Part shown: one piece after another, positions 17,666-26,748 of the stretch
How positions within the stretch are numbered: position 1 is the stretch's first letter
Layout of the letters: every line of letters starts with the position of its first letter
Origin: Armatimonadota bacterium
GTDB lineage: Bacteria; Armatimonadota; Fimbriimonadia; Fimbriimonadales; Fimbriimonadaceae
Assembly: GCA_018268355.1 (NCBI GenBank)
Contig: JAFDWR010000001.1
Coordinates: forward strand, 289,797 to 353,796
DNA: 64,000 bases
Direction of reading: 5' to 3'
The notes under the pieces: generated by a model
Databases searched by the model: none
Told to the model about the DNA's origin: nothing
The model's input: the letters and a program-made list of their open reading frames with translations, nothing else
Made by a program: the position numbers and the translations under genes

Positions 17666-18098
17666 TCCGGAGGGGATTTCGTGGAAAACCGGGCCCAATC
17701 CAGCTCAGCGCCCCAAGGTGGTCGTGATCTTTGTGATCGCGATCTTGGTGGGGCTGATCGGCTGGCGGGTCGAGAACTGGATCATGGGCCTCGTCGGGTT
17801 CGCGGTGATCGCGGCGGCGACGGCGGAGTTTTGGCTGGGAACGACATTTCGAGTCAACGATGTGGGGGCGGAGGCCAAAACCGGGTTCAGTTCAACCAAA
17901 ATCGAATGGGCCAACGTGGTGCGCGTGGTGACCGCCGATCAGGGTATCAAACTGTCTCCTCTCGCCGAAACATCGAGGACTTCACCCTTTCGCGGTGTTT
18001 TTCTGCGATATGGGGCTTATACTGCGGAGGAATTAATGGCCGTGATCCGGCCGTACTGTGGTGACGATGTTCGATTTTTGGACGAGCGAACCAACTGA
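17640..18098 (+). CDS. small membrane protein, unknown function
   Basis: Two predicted TM helices (VVVIFVIAILVGLIGW, IMGLVGFAVIAAATAEFWL) then a soluble tail. Overlaps the prs 3' end by ~26 nt; start uncertain. Confidence 0.45.
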   Translation: MNSSMSGSSPEGISWKTGPNPAQRPKVVVIFVIAILVGLIGWRVENWIMGLVGFAVIAAATAEFWLGTTFRVNDVGAEAKTGFSSTKIEWANVVRVVTADQGIKLSPLAETSRTSPFRGVFLRYGAYTAEELMAVIRPYCGDDVRFLDERTN

Positions 18099-18378
18099 AG
18101 AGGAAGTCGAGGAGGCGATCCAGCAAGCGTTTGAGGACATCTCAAAGCGCAAGTTGGAGTTGCCCGCTCTGCTTGCTTTGGAGTCCCACAAGCCCTTCGC
18201 CAACGTGATGGCTCAGATGTCCCTTGGGCTCGCACCCTTCCTCGTCCCCCTTTTTGGCTTTGATCGCGTGAACAATTACTCACGCGTGTTTAGTAAACGA
18301 GAGAATCTTGAACGCCTGATCGCCCGTCTAGATGACGCAAATCTGGCGAAACGTCATTCTACGGAGAACCCAACATGA
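18067..18378 (+). CDS. small acidic hypothetical protein
   Basis: MFDFWTSEPTEEEVEEAIQQAFED... Overlaps the preceding ORF's end. Stop overlaps the start of the next gene (TGA/ATG region 18375-18378). Confidence 0.4.
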   Translation: MFDFWTSEPTEEEVEEAIQQAFEDISKRKLELPALLALESHKPFANVMAQMSLGLAPFLVPLFGFDRVNNYSRVFSKRENLERLIARLDDANLAKRHSTENPT

Positions 18379-19439
18379 ATCCGACTTCCACTCCCGCACC
18401 CCCAGACCTCAGCAGTCTGAGAGGCGTGCAATATATGGACACCGGGTGGTTTGGCATCTTTCTCACCCTGGTGTTGATCAGTTTCATCCTGTTCAACATC
18501 CGCCGGGCGAATAAGAACAACAACCTCTTCATCCGGCGCATCTCTGGCCTTAACGCCATTGAGGAAGCCATTGGTCGTGCCACCGAAATGGGGCGCCCGG
18601 TCTTGATGGTGCCTGGTCTTGGTGACCTCAACGCCAACTCGATGCAGGCGCTTCGCATCTTCTCGCACATCACCAAGATTGCGGCGAAGTTTGCCAACCC
18701 GATTCGAGTCTGCTGCGCCGTCGCCCCGGTCTATACGGTCGCCCAGGAGATCATCCGCGACACCTATCAGGCCGAGGGCATGATCGACCGCTACGACCCG
18801 GACTCAGTTCAGTTCGTTTCCGACCGCCAATTTGCCTTTGCGGCCGGCGTCAGCGGCATCATCCTTCGCGAGAAGGTTGCCGCCGCGTTCTTCATGGGTG
18901 AGTTCTTCGCTGAATCGCTCATCTTTGCGGAAACCGCGAACTCCACCGGAGCCATCCAGATTGCAAGCTCGACGGAAAGCACGCAGACCCCGTTCTTTAT
19001 CGCCGCGTGCGACTATGTTCTTATCGGTGACGAGTTCTTCGCCGCTTCCGCGTATCTCACCCGCCAACCGGTTCTTGTCGGCTCGCTCGTGGGCCAGGAC
19101 TGGTCCAAGATGACGCTGATGGGCTTTGTCGCCGCAGGCGCGATCGCTGTCACCGCCGTGATTGGACCATTCGGCGGCAAGAAGGTCACCGAAGCCCGCG
19201 TGGCCACCGAGATGAAGCCGATCAACGAAGAGTTCAAGGATGGTTCGCCCGTTGCGACCACGCGATTCATGACCAAGGACGACACCGGCATCGTCCAGCT
19301 CTTTATCCCGCAGAAATCGAAGGATTGGAAGGTTGAGCGAAAGGCTCCTGAGCCTCCCACGGCCACGATTCCCAACTCGGAAGCCGGAAAGCCGGCCGAA
19401 GGCAGCGCGGGAGTTGATTACACGGTGGTGGCTGACTAA
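18375..19439 (+). CDS. unknown membrane protein A of a coupled 4-gene operon (TM - ~230 aa soluble - TM - tail)
   Basis: N-terminal TM GWFGIFLTLVLISFILFNI. Internal TM MTLMGFVAAGAIAVTAVIGPFGG. No motif I can assign. Stop overlaps the next start (TAATG). Confidence 0.6.
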   Translation: MNPTSTPAPPDLSSLRGVQYMDTGWFGIFLTLVLISFILFNIRRANKNNNLFIRRISGLNAIEEAIGRATEMGRPVLMVPGLGDLNANSMQALRIFSHITKIAAKFANPIRVCCAVAPVYTVAQEIIRDTYQAEGMIDRYDPDSVQFVSDRQFAFAAGVSGIILREKVAAAFFMGEFFAESLIFAETANSTGAIQIASSTESTQTPFFIAACDYVLIGDEFFAASAYLTRQPVLVGSLVGQDWSKMTLMGFVAAGAIAVTAVIGPFGGKKVTEARVATEMKPINEEFKDGSPVATTRFMTKDDTGIVQLFIPQKSKDWKVERKAPEPPTATIPNSEAGKPAEGSAGVDYTVVAD

Positions 19440-20350
19440 TGCTGAACCTTCTCGCACAAGCCGAAAGAACGTTCTGGAATGCACCGAGCGGGTCGGGTGA
19501 GCTAAAGCTCAAAGTCGCCCTCTGCTTCCTGATCGGATTTGCCCTGATGGTCGGTGTGCTCTTCGTTCCCGCCCGGGGCCGAAAGTTCATCGTCGCCGCA
19601 GTGACATTTGTCGCCGGTCTCTTCTACATGATGTTCTGGCTCTGGCCGCAGCCCTTCAAGGGCATGAAAGGCGACCAGACGGTGCCCCGCGACTTCGTTG
19701 AGTCGGTTGGCTTCTACGTCAAGGATGCCCAAGGCGTCGTTGCCGACTTCACGAACATCCTCACCGCCTTCCTCCTTGGACTTGGCGCCTATTCGATCAT
19801 CCGCATCCACGGACAGAGGATCGTCAAGCAGAGCAAGGACTGGTCATACAGCCTCGTCCTTCTCGTCTCGATGGTCATCATGTCCGTCGTCGGATACGTG
19901 AACTTCGTTCAGACGAAGATCGGCGACACGACGGGCAAGCTCCAGGAAAAGGCGAACTGGACCAACGTCCAAAAGCTCAACGACGTTCTGTTCGACGGCG
20001 TGCTGCAACAGATGGAGTCGGCGATGTTCTCAATCATCGCGTTCTACATCCTTTCCGCCGCTTACCGAGCCTTCCGCATTCGATCCGTCGAGGCCACGAT
20101 CCTGCTGGGTAGCGCGTTCATCATGATGTTCTCGCTCCTCGGATTGGTCCAGAGCTCGGTCGACGGCCTGATCGCAGGAAACGGCACGGGGTTCATCACC
20201 AACTTCACGCTCAAGGAAATCGCCTTCTGGATTCAGCAGAACATCCAGACCCCGGCGCTTCGAGGCATTGACTTCGGCGTCGGCATCAGCCTTTTGGCGA
20301 TGGGACTTCGACTCTGGCTCAGCCTTGACAAGGGAGGTCAAAACGCCTAA
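19439..20350 (+). CDS. unknown polytopic membrane protein B (~6 TM)
   Basis: Hydrophobic segments throughout (LCFLIGFALMVGVLFV, FIVAAVTFVAGLFYMMFWLW, ...). TAATG-coupled at both ends. Confidence 0.6.
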   Translation: MLNLLAQAERTFWNAPSGSGELKLKVALCFLIGFALMVGVLFVPARGRKFIVAAVTFVAGLFYMMFWLWPQPFKGMKGDQTVPRDFVESVGFYVKDAQGVVADFTNILTAFLLGLGAYSIIRIHGQRIVKQSKDWSYSLVLLVSMVIMSVVGYVNFVQTKIGDTTGKLQEKANWTNVQKLNDVLFDGVLQQMESAMFSIIAFYILSAAYRAFRIRSVEATILLGSAFIMMFSLLGLVQSSVDGLIAGNGTGFITNFTLKEIAFWIQQNIQTPALRGIDFGVGISLLAMGLRLWLSLDKGGQNA

Positions 20351-21252
20351 TGGAAAACAAGACGCTAGCACAAAAGCTGCAGTCGGTCCCTCGAACGACG
20401 CTGTTTGCAATTCTCGTGCTCTTTACGGCGGGACCGCTCTTCATCTCGGGGATCAAGATTCCCGGTGAACCTACTCCCGAGGTCAAGTCGCTCTTCAACA
20501 AGCTGATGACGATCCCGGAGGGCTCCACCGTCCTCATCGGTTCGGACTGGACGAAGTCGACCCGCGGCGAAAGCCAGGGCGCGTTCCGAGCGCTGGTCCG
20601 CATCCTCATGCGACGCAAGATCAAGTTCGCGATCTACACCACGGGTGACCCGCAGGCTCCCGAGGTCGCGCGAAACGAGGTCAAGGACATCATCGACGAA
20701 GAGAAGAAGGCTGATCCTTCGTTCAAGTGGGAACGCTGGAACGACTGGGTGAGCATGGGCTACTTCCCGGGCGCCGAAGGCACCGCGAACGCTTTTGAAA
20801 ACGACTTCGTCGGCGCGGTCTCAGACAAGAAGGACGTCACTCCCCAGGGCCTCAAGCTCTCGGTCACGTCGAGTCCGGTTCTTGAAAAGATCAAGTCGCT
20901 GGAAGACGTCGAACTCATCGTCACCGTGACCGCCAGTAAGACCGTCACCATTGCCATCGAGCGAATCAAGAAGGCTCCGATGGCGGCGATGGTCACCGGT
21001 GTCATGGGACCTGAGACCCGCGTTTACTATCCTCGCCAGCTCATGGGCATGTCCGCCGGACTTCGAGGCGTTTACGACATGGAGTCGATGATGGAGAAGG
21101 AGTTCACCGATCCGAAGTACAAGGATTTGAACAAGGATCGTGGTGCTCGCTACTATCCGACGCTCCACTTCGCGATTGGCCTTCTGATCATCGCCGTCAT
21201 CATCGGCAACGTCGGAATGTTCATGCAGAAGAAGGAGGAGGCTAAGTCGTAA
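20350..21252 (+). CDS. unknown membrane protein C (N-terminal TM, large soluble domain, C-terminal TM)
   Basis: N-terminal TM TLFAILVLFTAGPLFISGI. C-terminal TM LHFAIGLLIIAVIIGNVGMFM. Same architecture as protein A. TAATG-coupled. Confidence 0.6.
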   Translation: MENKTLAQKLQSVPRTTLFAILVLFTAGPLFISGIKIPGEPTPEVKSLFNKLMTIPEGSTVLIGSDWTKSTRGESQGAFRALVRILMRRKIKFAIYTTGDPQAPEVARNEVKDIIDEEKKADPSFKWERWNDWVSMGYFPGAEGTANAFENDFVGAVSDKKDVTPQGLKLSVTSSPVLEKIKSLEDVELIVTVTASKTVTIAIERIKKAPMAAMVTGVMGPETRVYYPRQLMGMSAGLRGVYDMESMMEKEFTDPKYKDLNKDRGARYYPTLHFAIGLLIIAVIIGNVGMFMQKKEEAKS

Positions 21253-22076
21253 TGGACCTCTTTGTCGTTCTCAAATACGGGCTTGGCGTCGTCGCCACCA
21301 TCGGCCTCTACTCGGTTCTGTACAAGGAAAACAAGTTCTACCGATTCTGGGAGCACGTCTTCCTTGGCATCGCAGCGGGCTACCTTACGGTCTCGCTTTG
21401 GCAAGAAACCCTGTACGAATCGTGGTGGCTGAAGGTCACCGGCTCGATCGCCACCGTCGACAAGGCGGGCAACGTCGCTGTTCCTGCCGTCCCTGGCTAC
21501 TGGGCTTATGCGCTCCTTCTGCCAATTGGCATGCTCGGCTACCTGGTCTTCAGCAAGAAGCACAACTGGGCGAGCCGAATCCCGGTCAGCATCATCATCG
21601 GTCTTTGGGCCGGTCAACAGGCGCAGGCCTGGGGCAACCGCTATCTCAAGCAGGTCGCCGACTCGATGCGACCGATCTTGCCGAACACGAGCGAGCTCTT
21701 TGTCCCCTCGCCTCCCGCGAATGGCTTCTCGCTCTCGCAGAAGTATCAGATCGACTCCACGGTGTACGTTTCCCAGGCGCTCAGCAACCTGGTGTTCGTC
21801 TTCACCCTGGTCTGCGTCATCTCCTACTTCCTGTTCTCGTTTGAGGCAAAAAGCAAGACGATGAAGTTCATGACGACCTCCGGTCGCTGGCTCCTCATGG
21901 TGGGCTTCGGTGCGATCTTCGGTTCGACGGTTATGATGCGCTTCTCGCTCCTCATCGACCAGATGTACTTCGTGTTCCAAGAGGCTCCGATGAAGGTGTA
22001 CGAGCAGTTCCAGTCTAAGCCGGCCGCCGCTCCGGTGACGCCACCGGTCAATCCCCCGGTGACGCCTCCAAAGTAA
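21252..22076 (+). CDS. unknown polytopic membrane protein D (~7 TM) with Pro-rich C-terminus
   Basis: Multiple TM helices. C-terminus PAAAPVTPPVNPPVTPPK. TAATG-coupled to C. Ends 3 nt before recO. Confidence 0.6.
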   Translation: MDLFVVLKYGLGVVATIGLYSVLYKENKFYRFWEHVFLGIAAGYLTVSLWQETLYESWWLKVTGSIATVDKAGNVAVPAVPGYWAYALLLPIGMLGYLVFSKKHNWASRIPVSIIIGLWAGQQAQAWGNRYLKQVADSMRPILPNTSELFVPSPPANGFSLSQKYQIDSTVYVSQALSNLVFVFTLVCVISYFLFSFEAKSKTMKFMTTSGRWLLMVGFGAIFGSTVMMRFSLLIDQMYFVFQEAPMKVYEQFQSKPAAAPVTPPVNPPVTPPK

Positions 22077-22078
22077 CC

Positions 22079-22819
22079 TTGGAAGAGTCCCTCAGGGCCC
22101 TCGTGATTAGACGCCGAGACGCTGGAGAAGCGGATCGGCGTCTAACGCTTTTAACCGAGTCGATGGGGAAGATCGACGCGATCGCCAAAGGCGCTCGCAA
22201 GGCGGGGTCCCGGCTCGCCGGTGTATCCGACCCTCTCACCCTCGGCCATTTCTCGCTCGCCAAGGGCAAGGTGAACCGCTTTGTCAGCCAGGCCCAGCCG
22301 ATCCGCGCCTTTCGAGGCCTGCGCCAAGACTACGACCGCCTCCAGCACGCCCTCGCACTGCTTGAACTCGTCGTCGCGATCTTTCCCTATGACCAGGAGC
22401 GGCCCGGCAGCCTCGAGTTTCTGGAAGCCGCACTGGGGGCGATTGAAACCCATTCCAAGCCCACCGTCGCCCTCGTCTGGGCAGAGGTGAAGCTGCTCTT
22501 TGAAGAAGGGGCAATGCCGAACTTCACGGAGTGCAACCTCACGGGCACCCCGGTGGGCGATCGGGAACCTTGGCTCTCGCCGAGCGCTGGGGGTGTCGTC
22601 CGCCGCGATGCCGCGAGCAAGCTGATGGACGCCTTTCCAAGCTCAATTCCGGTCGTGGTGGGTCTGAGCAAGATCCAAGCGTGGGACGCCCCGCCGCCGA
22701 ATCTTCGCCAAGCGGGCGACTGCCTTCGGGCACTGCTTCCGTTCTGGAAGACGTTCGCCGATTGCCCACTCTTCGCTCACGAAGAACTTTTGAACAGTCT
22801 CCAGCTCGACACGATGTAA
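22079..22819 (+). CDS. recO: DNA repair protein RecO
   Basis: N-terminal OB fold LRALVIRRRDAGEADRRLTLLTESMGKIDAIAKGARKAGSRLAG. Length ~246 aa, typical for RecO. Confidence 0.8.
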   Translation: MEESLRALVIRRRDAGEADRRLTLLTESMGKIDAIAKGARKAGSRLAGVSDPLTLGHFSLAKGKVNRFVSQAQPIRAFRGLRQDYDRLQHALALLELVVAIFPYDQERPGSLEFLEAALGAIETHSKPTVALVWAEVKLLFEEGAMPNFTECNLTGTPVGDREPWLSPSAGGVVRRDAASKLMDAFPSSIPVVVGLSKIQAWDAPPPNLRQAGDCLRALLPFWKTFADCPLFAHEELLNSLQLDTM

Positions 22820-22831
22820 ACTGCGGTTTCT

Positions 22832-24430
22832 ATGCGTGCATGGATCGCCGTTTCCGTTGCTGCTCTGTCCCTCGCCGTGATTGGCTGTGGAAAGGGCTCC
22901 ATTTCTTCTCGTGGGAGTGCAGAAGCAAGCAACATGCTTCGCTACCCGATCCCGACCAAGCCCACCTCGCTGGACCCGGCGGTGGTGCAGGATGGCGACA
23001 CGATCGACCTGCTTCAACAGGTTTATGAAGGCCTCCTGAAGTGGGGTGAGGACAACCGCCCCGCGCCCAACCTCGCCGAGAAGTGGGAGATTAGCGAGGA
23101 CGGAACGGAATACACGTTCCACATCAAGAAGGGCGTGAAGTTCAGCAATGGCCGAGAGATGACCGCGGAAGACTTCAAGTGGTCGATTGACCGCGCCTGC
23201 ACGGGCACGTTCCCGCGCGAGATGGCCGACAGCTACCTCGGCGAGATCGTCGGTGCCAAGGATGTCATCCAGAACAAGGCCAAGAGCGTTTCCGGAATCA
23301 CGACCCCCGATCCTTACACGGTCAAGATCAAGATCGACAAGCGACGACCTTACTTCCTGAACAAGCTCACCTTCCCGGTCTCGTTTGTCGTTGCGAAGGA
23401 GTCCGCTCCCGCCGTCGATGAGATCACCAAGGTCGAGCAGATGATCGGCACCGGCCCTTTCATCGCGAAGAGCTATGACCCGAACCAGGTCTTCACGCTC
23501 GTCGCGAACAAGAACTATCACGGCGGCGCGCCGAAGATCGAAGGCATCGTCCGCAAGATCATCCTCGACCCCCAGACCCGCCTCAACGAATTCAAGTCCG
23601 GCCAGCAAGACCTCGTCGCCCTCGAACGACAGGATGTTGAGGGCCTCAAGAAGGACGCCAAGTTCGCCTCCCAGCTCCACTTCTACGACCGACCCGCGAT
23701 TTGGTATGTCGGTCTCAACGTGAAGGAGTACCCGCCGTTTGCCGACGTGCGCGTTCGACGCGCCTTTGCGATGGCGATCAACCGCGACCGCATCGTGAAC
23801 GAGCTCCTCGGTGGGCTCGTGAAGAAGGCGGACTGCATCCTGCCTCCCGGCGTTCTCGGCCACCGAGACAACACGAAGATGGTCGAGTACAACCCGGCCG
23901 AGGCCAAGAAGCTCCTCGCCGAAGCAGGCTATCCAGATGGAAAGGGCCTTCCGCCCCTCGAAATCAAGTTCCGCGATGGCCGCGCTGACATCCGAACGGT
24001 CGCCGAAGCGATCCAGAACGACCTGAAGGCCAACCTCGGCATCAGCATCGGCCTGAAGAACAAGGAATGGCGCGCCTATCTCGAAGAGAACAACGCGAAG
24101 AAGATTCCGTTCTTCCACATGCGCTGGGCGGCGGACTATCTCGACCCACAGAACTTCCTCAGCCTCATGCTGGCTACGACTGGTGAGCAGAACAAGACGA
24201 ACTGGTCGAACCCCGAGTTCGATCGCCTCTGCGCCGCTGCCGACGTTGAAGCCGACGAGCCGAAGCGACTGAAGATGTATGCCGACGCTGAGGACATCGT
24301 CCTTCGCGAGATTCCGTGGATTCCGGTCTACTTCCAGCGCGATGCCGAGTTGATCTCGCCGCGCGTCGCGGGAATGCGTGAGTCGCTGTTCGGACACTTG
24401 CCGCACACGACGGTCACGCTTACACCGTAA
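22832..24430 (+). CDS. ABC transporter substrate-binding lipoprotein, family 5 (peptide/nickel type)
   Basis: Lipobox LAVIGC. Family-5 SBP signature region YTFHIKKGVKFSNGREMTAEDFKWSIDR. Confidence 0.85.
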   Translation: MRAWIAVSVAALSLAVIGCGKGSISSRGSAEASNMLRYPIPTKPTSLDPAVVQDGDTIDLLQQVYEGLLKWGEDNRPAPNLAEKWEISEDGTEYTFHIKKGVKFSNGREMTAEDFKWSIDRACTGTFPREMADSYLGEIVGAKDVIQNKAKSVSGITTPDPYTVKIKIDKRRPYFLNKLTFPVSFVVAKESAPAVDEITKVEQMIGTGPFIAKSYDPNQVFTLVANKNYHGGAPKIEGIVRKIILDPQTRLNEFKSGQQDLVALERQDVEGLKKDAKFASQLHFYDRPAIWYVGLNVKEYPPFADVRVRRAFAMAINRDRIVNELLGGLVKKADCILPPGVLGHRDNTKMVEYNPAEAKKLLAEAGYPDGKGLPPLEIKFRDGRADIRTVAEAIQNDLKANLGISIGLKNKEWRAYLEENNAKKIPFFHMRWAADYLDPQNFLSLMLATTGEQNKTNWSNPEFDRLCAAADVEADEPKRLKMYADAEDIVLREIPWIPVYFQRDAELISPRVAGMRESLFGHLPHTTVTLTP

Positions 24431-24442
24431 GTAAGTTAAGGA

Positions 24443-25519
24443 ATGAGCCCAGAGATTCAAGCTGAAGAGGTCCGCTTCAATCCGCCAGTCACCCTGGCCG
24501 ATTCGGCGGAAGCCGAAAGGACCCTCTTCAAGCTCGATTCTCCGGGCTCTTTGCATTGGGTCGAGGTGTATGGCCCGGTCAGCAGTGTCGAATCGCTGAC
24601 GATCCTCGTCCGGGGTCCGCGAGGATCGCTTCATAAGGCGCGCGCGGAGCGCACCGTTCAGTTTGGCGACGACCTCGGGCGCGAGGGGATGCACCTCAGC
24701 GGCGACGGCTGGACTTTTGGCCATTGCCCCAAGCGCGGGCAGGCCCTTTCCGTCCGATTTGAGGACCCGATCCCGGTACAAGAACTCGCGATCAGCGTCT
24801 GCGGTGGCGCGTTTGACCTCGCTGCGCTGAGGTGGGGAAGAGGGGCGACCCTAACGTGCCCCTTCCGAGGTTCGGGCCAGAACATCGCCCTCAGCGACCT
24901 TCCCGCGATCCTGCGGATGGGTGACCGGCCGCGGTTTGACCTTGCCGTCGACCAGCTCGTCTCTGCGGTCGCTACTACCGAGGAGCTCGACGAGGCGCGC
25001 GGCCAGATCCTCACCATGCTCGCGATCATCGCGGCGACGTCGCTGGAGTTTGGCGGTGGGCGCACGCTCCACCGGCACCAGCTCGACGCGGCCCGCACCC
25101 TTGATCGCCTGACCGACCTTCGTGAGATCGCCGAGTTTGCCCGAAAGACGTGCTTCGAGCTCGCGGGGCCGCTTCTTGCCCCCGCGCCGGGCACCCAGGA
25201 TGAGCTGATCGAACTCGCCCTCCAGACCGTGCAGCGGTTCTATGCGAAACCGCTCACCGATGCCTCGCTGGCGGATCGACTCGGCCTCAGCACCTCGCAC
25301 TTTCGGCACCTCTTTAAGCGCCGGACCGGGCTGCCGTTCCACCGCTACCTCGTTCAATTTCGACTCGAAAAGGCGAAGGAGCTGCTCAGCAAGGGGCAAG
25401 GATCGGTCAGTGAAGTAGCCCATCGAACGGGCTTCACCAGCCTCGGCCACTTCAGTAAGTGCTTCAGCGCCAGGTTCAACATGGCCCCTTCTGAGGTCCG
25501 CGCGATCCGCCAACTCTGA
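24443..25519 (+). CDS. AraC-family transcriptional regulator
   Basis: C-terminal dual HTH: LADRLGLSTSHFRHLFKRRTGLPFHRYLVQFRLEKAKELL...VSEVAHRTGFTSLGHFSKCF. Confidence 0.8.
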   Translation: MSPEIQAEEVRFNPPVTLADSAEAERTLFKLDSPGSLHWVEVYGPVSSVESLTILVRGPRGSLHKARAERTVQFGDDLGREGMHLSGDGWTFGHCPKRGQALSVRFEDPIPVQELAISVCGGAFDLAALRWGRGATLTCPFRGSGQNIALSDLPAILRMGDRPRFDLAVDQLVSAVATTEELDEARGQILTMLAIIAATSLEFGGGRTLHRHQLDAARTLDRLTDLREIAEFARKTCFELAGPLLAPAPGTQDELIELALQTVQRFYAKPLTDASLADRLGLSTSHFRHLFKRRTGLPFHRYLVQFRLEKAKELLSKGQGSVSEVAHRTGFTSLGHFSKCFSARFNMAPSEVRAIRQL

Positions 25520-25600
25520 GATTTCTAAATTTTTCTGTGGATCGGTGAACCGCAGGGAAGGAAAAGCGTTGAAACCCTTACGGTTCGGAGAAGAAGATCC

Positions 25601-26149
25601 ATGAACAAATTGATGAAACTTGCGGTTTTCACCGCGCTCGCTGCTCTCTCGGTCGCCTCGTTCGCTCAGACGGCTGGCCCCAAGAACCCCCCGACGGGTG
25701 GTCAAACCGGTCAAAAGGGCAAGGGAACTAAGGCTGGCAAGCCCGGTCAAGCTGGTCCTAACGGTCGCATGCGACAGGGCAAGATGATGCAGGAGATGCT
25801 CGGCAAGCTCGACCTCAAGCCTGCACAGAAGACGAAGATTGAGCAGCTCATGAAGGGCATCAACGCCAAGCGAGAAGCCCTCATGGAGCAGGTGAAGTCG
25901 AACAAGATCACCCGCGAACAGGCTCGACCGCAGATGATGCAGATCATGAAGGACACCATGGACGGCCTGAAGGGCATCCTCACGAAGGAGCAGTTCACCA
26001 AGCTCGAGACCATGATGAAGGAAATGCGCGAGAAGATGCGCAATGGTCGACCGGGCGGCCCCGGCGGACCTGGCGGCGCACCTGGAAAGGGCGGCAAGGG
26101 TGGCAAGGGCGGCAAGCCCGGCCAGAATCCTCCTCCTCCTGCTTTCTAA
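25601..26149 (+). CDS. periplasmic LTXXQ-motif (Spy/CpxP/ZraP-like) protein, second paralog
   Basis: Signal peptide MNKLMKLAVFTALAALSVASFAQ. LKPAQKTKIEQLM, ITREQARPQMMQIM and LTKEQFTKLETMMKEM are three LTxxQ-like helices. Gly/Lys/Pro-rich tails on both ends. Confidence 0.65.
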   Translation: MNKLMKLAVFTALAALSVASFAQTAGPKNPPTGGQTGQKGKGTKAGKPGQAGPNGRMRQGKMMQEMLGKLDLKPAQKTKIEQLMKGINAKREALMEQVKSNKITREQARPQMMQIMKDTMDGLKGILTKEQFTKLETMMKEMREKMRNGRPGGPGGPGGAPGKGGKGGKGGKPGQNPPPPAF

Positions 26150-26216
26150 ACCGAAAGCCAACGACTTCCTGACCTAAAGAAAACAAAGAAAAGAAAAAAC
26201 GATCAGGGTAACAATT

Positions 26217-26251
26217 GGGGCCGGCCTTGCGCAGAGGCTGGCCTCCTTTTT
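26217..26251 (+). terminator. intrinsic terminator after the Spy-like gene
   Basis: GC-rich imperfect hairpin ggggccggccttgcgcagaggctggcctcc followed by ttttt. Coordinates approximate. Confidence 0.5.
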
Positions 26252-26287
26252 GTCTCAAGGTCGTGAGGTACTCTCTCGGTTCGCCGT

Positions 26288-26363
26288 CGGGGCGTGGCGC
26301 AGTTGGTAGCGCGCGTGCTTTGGGAGCATGAGGTCGCACGTTCGAATCGTGTCGCCCCGACCA
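26288..26363 (+). tRNA. tRNA-Pro (anticodon UGG)
   Basis: 76 nt CGGGGCG-TG-GCGC-AGTTGGTA-GCGC-G-CGTGC-TTTGGGA-GCATG-AGGTC-GCACG-TTCGAAT-CGTGT-CGCCCCG-A-CCA. Cloverleaf is consistent: 7-bp acceptor stem, anticodon loop TT-TGG-GA, G37, T-loop TTCGAAT, encoded CCA. Confidence 0.9.
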
Positions 26364-26418
26364 ATCTCCCCCCATTTCTCATTCCGCTCATCCGCTATGC
26401 TTTCGGTCAGAGCGAGCG

Positions 26419-26712
26419 ATGGAATTCACCTTTGAAGCCAAATTGATCGAATGGCGCGGGCCCGCGCCATTCGTTTTTGCGCCGATGCCGCTCGACCTCG
26501 CCGAAGAGTTTCGCGAGTACGCAAAGTCAGTCTCGTATGGATGGGGCTGCATCGCCGTGGACGTGAAGATCGGGGCGGTGGAGTACAAGACGTCGCTCTT
26601 CCCGAAGGACGGGACCTACTTCGTCCCGATCAAGTTGGCGGTGCAGCGGGCGGTCCCAATTGCCCTCGGTGACGTCGCTGAGATCACCTTGAGGGTGAAT
26701 CTGGGGCGCTAA
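26419..26712 (+). CDS. DUF1905-family small protein
   Basis: FEAKLIEWRGPAPFVFAPMP...SYGWGCIAVDVKIGAVEYKTSLFPKDGTYFVPIK matches my memory of DUF1905. Confidence 0.65.
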   Translation: MEFTFEAKLIEWRGPAPFVFAPMPLDLAEEFREYAKSVSYGWGCIAVDVKIGAVEYKTSLFPKDGTYFVPIKLAVQRAVPIALGDVAEITLRVNLGR

Positions 26713-26748
26713 AACCGCAATCAAGGCAGCCTGCGGTAGTCTCCCGCC

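Noticed and set aside
15294-17698. Minus-strand ORFs 15294..16670 and 16607..17698
   Set aside because: Antisense to glmU and prs, which carry canonical motifs.
22643-24781. 712-aa minus-strand ORF
   Set aside because: Antisense to recO, the SBP gene and AraC. It spans three real genes, which is impossible for a genuine CDS.
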